Of a stretch of 64,000 nt of DNA, positions 62,001-64,000 are shown one piece after another (the stretch's first letter is position 1; every line of letters begins with the position of its first letter). The notes under the pieces are model-generated. The model saw nothing but the letters and a program-made list of their open reading frames with translations. It was not told the origin of the DNA and searched no databases. The position numbers and the translations under genes were made by a program. Origin of the DNA: Nemertoderma westbladi (Eukaryota > Animalia > Xenacoelomorpha); contig JAUCBJ010006441.1 in assembly GCA_032718475.1 (NCBI GenBank), positions 31,380-95,379 of the forward strand, read 5' to 3'.

Positions 62001-64000
62001 TAGGTTACAGTGCGCCTATAGGTTACAGTGCGCCTATAGGTTACAGTGCGCCTAATATAGGTTACAGTGCGCCTATAGGTTACAGTGCGCCTAATATAGG
62101 TTACAGTGCGCCTAATATAGGTTATAGTCCACCTATAGGTTACAGTCCACCTATAGGTTACAGTGCGCCTAATATAGGTTACAGTGCGCCTATAGGTTAC
62201 AGTGCGCCTAATATAGGTTACAGTGCGCCTATAGGTTACAGTGCGCCTATAGGTTACAGTGCGCCTAATATAGGTTACAGTGCGCCTAATATAGGTTACA
62301 GTGCGCCTATAGGTTACAGTGCGCCTAATATAGGTTACAGTGCGCCTATAGGTTACAGTGCGCCTATAGGTTACAGTGCGCCTAATATAGGTTACAGTGC
62401 GCCTATAGGTTACAGTGCGCCTATAGGTTACAGTGCGCCTATAGGTTACAGTGCGCCTAATATAGGTTACAGTGCGCCTATAGGTTACAGTGCGCCTATA
62501 GGTTACAGTGCGCCTAATATAGGTTACAGTGCGCCTATAGGTTACAGTGCGCCTAATATAGGTTACAGTGCGCCTAATATAGGTTATAGTCCACCTATAG
62601 GTTACAGTCCACCTATAGGTTACAGTGCGCCTAATATAGGTTACAGTGCGCCTATAGGTTACAGTGCGCCTAATATAGGTTACAGTGCGCCTATAGGTTA
62701 CAGTGCGCCTAATATAGGTTACAGTGCGCCTAATATAGGTTACAGTGCGCCTATAGGTTACAGTGCGCCTAATATAGGTTACAGTGCGCCTATAGGTTAC
62801 AGTGCGCCTATAGGTTACAGTGCGCCTAATATAGGTTACAGTGCGCCTAATATAGGTTACAGTGCGCCTATAGGTTACAGTGCGCCTAATATAGGTTACA
62901 GTGCGCCTAATATAGGTTACAGTGCGCCTAATATAGGTTACAGTCCACCTATAGGTTACAGTCCACCTATAGGTTACAGTGCGCCTAATATAGGTTACAG
63001 TGCGCCTATAGGTTACAGTGCGCCTAATATAGGTTACAGTGCGCCTAATATAGGTTACAGTGCGCCTAATATAGGTTACAGTGCGCCTAATATAGGTTAC
63101 AGTGCGCCTATAGGTTACAGTGCGCCTAATATAGGTTACAGTGCGCCTAATATAGGTTACAGTGCGCCTAATATAGGTTACAGTGCGCCTAATATAGGTT
63201 ACAGTGTGCCTATAGGTTACAGTGCGCCTAATATAGGTTACAGTGCGCCTATAGGTTACAGTGCGCCTATAGGTTACAGTGCGCCTAATATAGGTTACAG
63301 TGCGCCTAATATAGGTTACAGTCCACCTATAGGTTACAGTCCACCTATAGGTTACAGTGCGCCTAATATAGGTTACAGTGCGCCTAATATAGGTTACAGT
63401 CCACCTATAGGTTACAGTCCACCTATAGGTTACAGTGCGCCTATAGGTTACAGTGCGCCTAATATAGGTTACAGTGCGCCTAATATCGGTTACAGTCCGC
63501 CTATAGGTTACAGTGCGCCTAATATAGGTTACAGTGCGCCTATAGGTTACAGTGCGCCTATAGGTTACAGTGCGCCTAATATAGGTTACAGTGCGCCTAT
63601 AGGTTACAGTGCGCCTATAGGTTACAGTGCGCCTATAGGTTACAGTGCGCCTAATATAGGTTACAGTGCGCCTATAGGTTACAGTGCGCCTATAGGTTAC
63701 AGTGCGCCTAATATAGGTTACAGTGCGCCTATAGGTTACAGTGCGCCTATAGGTTACAGTGCGCCTAATATAGGTTACAGTGCGCCTATAGGTTACAGTG
63801 CGCCTATAGGTTACAGTGCGCCTAATATAGGTTACAGTGCGCCTATAGGTTACAGTGCGCCTAATATAGGTTACAGTGCGCCTAATATAGGTTATAGTCC
63901 ACCTATAGGTTACAGTCCACCTATAGGTTACAGTGCGCCTAATATAGGTTACAGTGCGCCTATAGGTTACAGTGCGCCTAATATAGGTTACAGTGCGCCT
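56036..64000. repeat. 18/21-bp satellite with higher-order repeats (runs off the window end)
   Basis: Units ataggttacagtgcgcct(aat) with a variant agtccacct. Rare variants recur at spacings of 462, 1770/1865 and 3635 bp. Confidence 0.97.

Noticed and set aside
56036-64000. Telomeric TTAGG repeat
   Set aside because: Only a taggtta sub-word within a longer unit, with no true (TTAGG)n run.

Overview
Eukaryotic, probably invertebrate, repeat-dense region with no recognisable conventional host gene. It holds three satellite families: a 46-bp unit at 1-1765 and 44755-45830, a 16/26-bp unit at 49081-52250, and an 18/21-bp unit with higher-order structure at 56036-64000. DNA transposons are a non-autonomous hAT, DINE/Helentron-like elements, and an AcademX element with ~1-kb TIRs carrying nested RTE and Gypsy insertions. 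There are also several RTE and CR1/L2-type LINE fragments, a tRNA-derived SINE, and a large cluster of BEL/Pao LTR retrotransposons from three subfamilies. The main finding is that two diverged BEL/Pao subfamilies carry an extra ~1230-codon ORF after pol. It encodes a WRN/EXD/Mut-7-like DEDDy 3'-5' exonuclease domain, three CCHC-type zinc knuckles and an Arg-rich tail. This ORF lies downstream of the best polypurine-tract candidate, so it may sit inside a ~5.8-kb LTR, and it is preceded by conserved splice signals. The same elements carry a strand-oriented palindromic ~20-nt motif (GGAAGRCTYGYGAGCCT) in both coding and non-coding DNA, and a tRNA-like Pol III unit upstream of the LTR promoter. 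All domain calls come from motif recognition by eye; no database searches were run.
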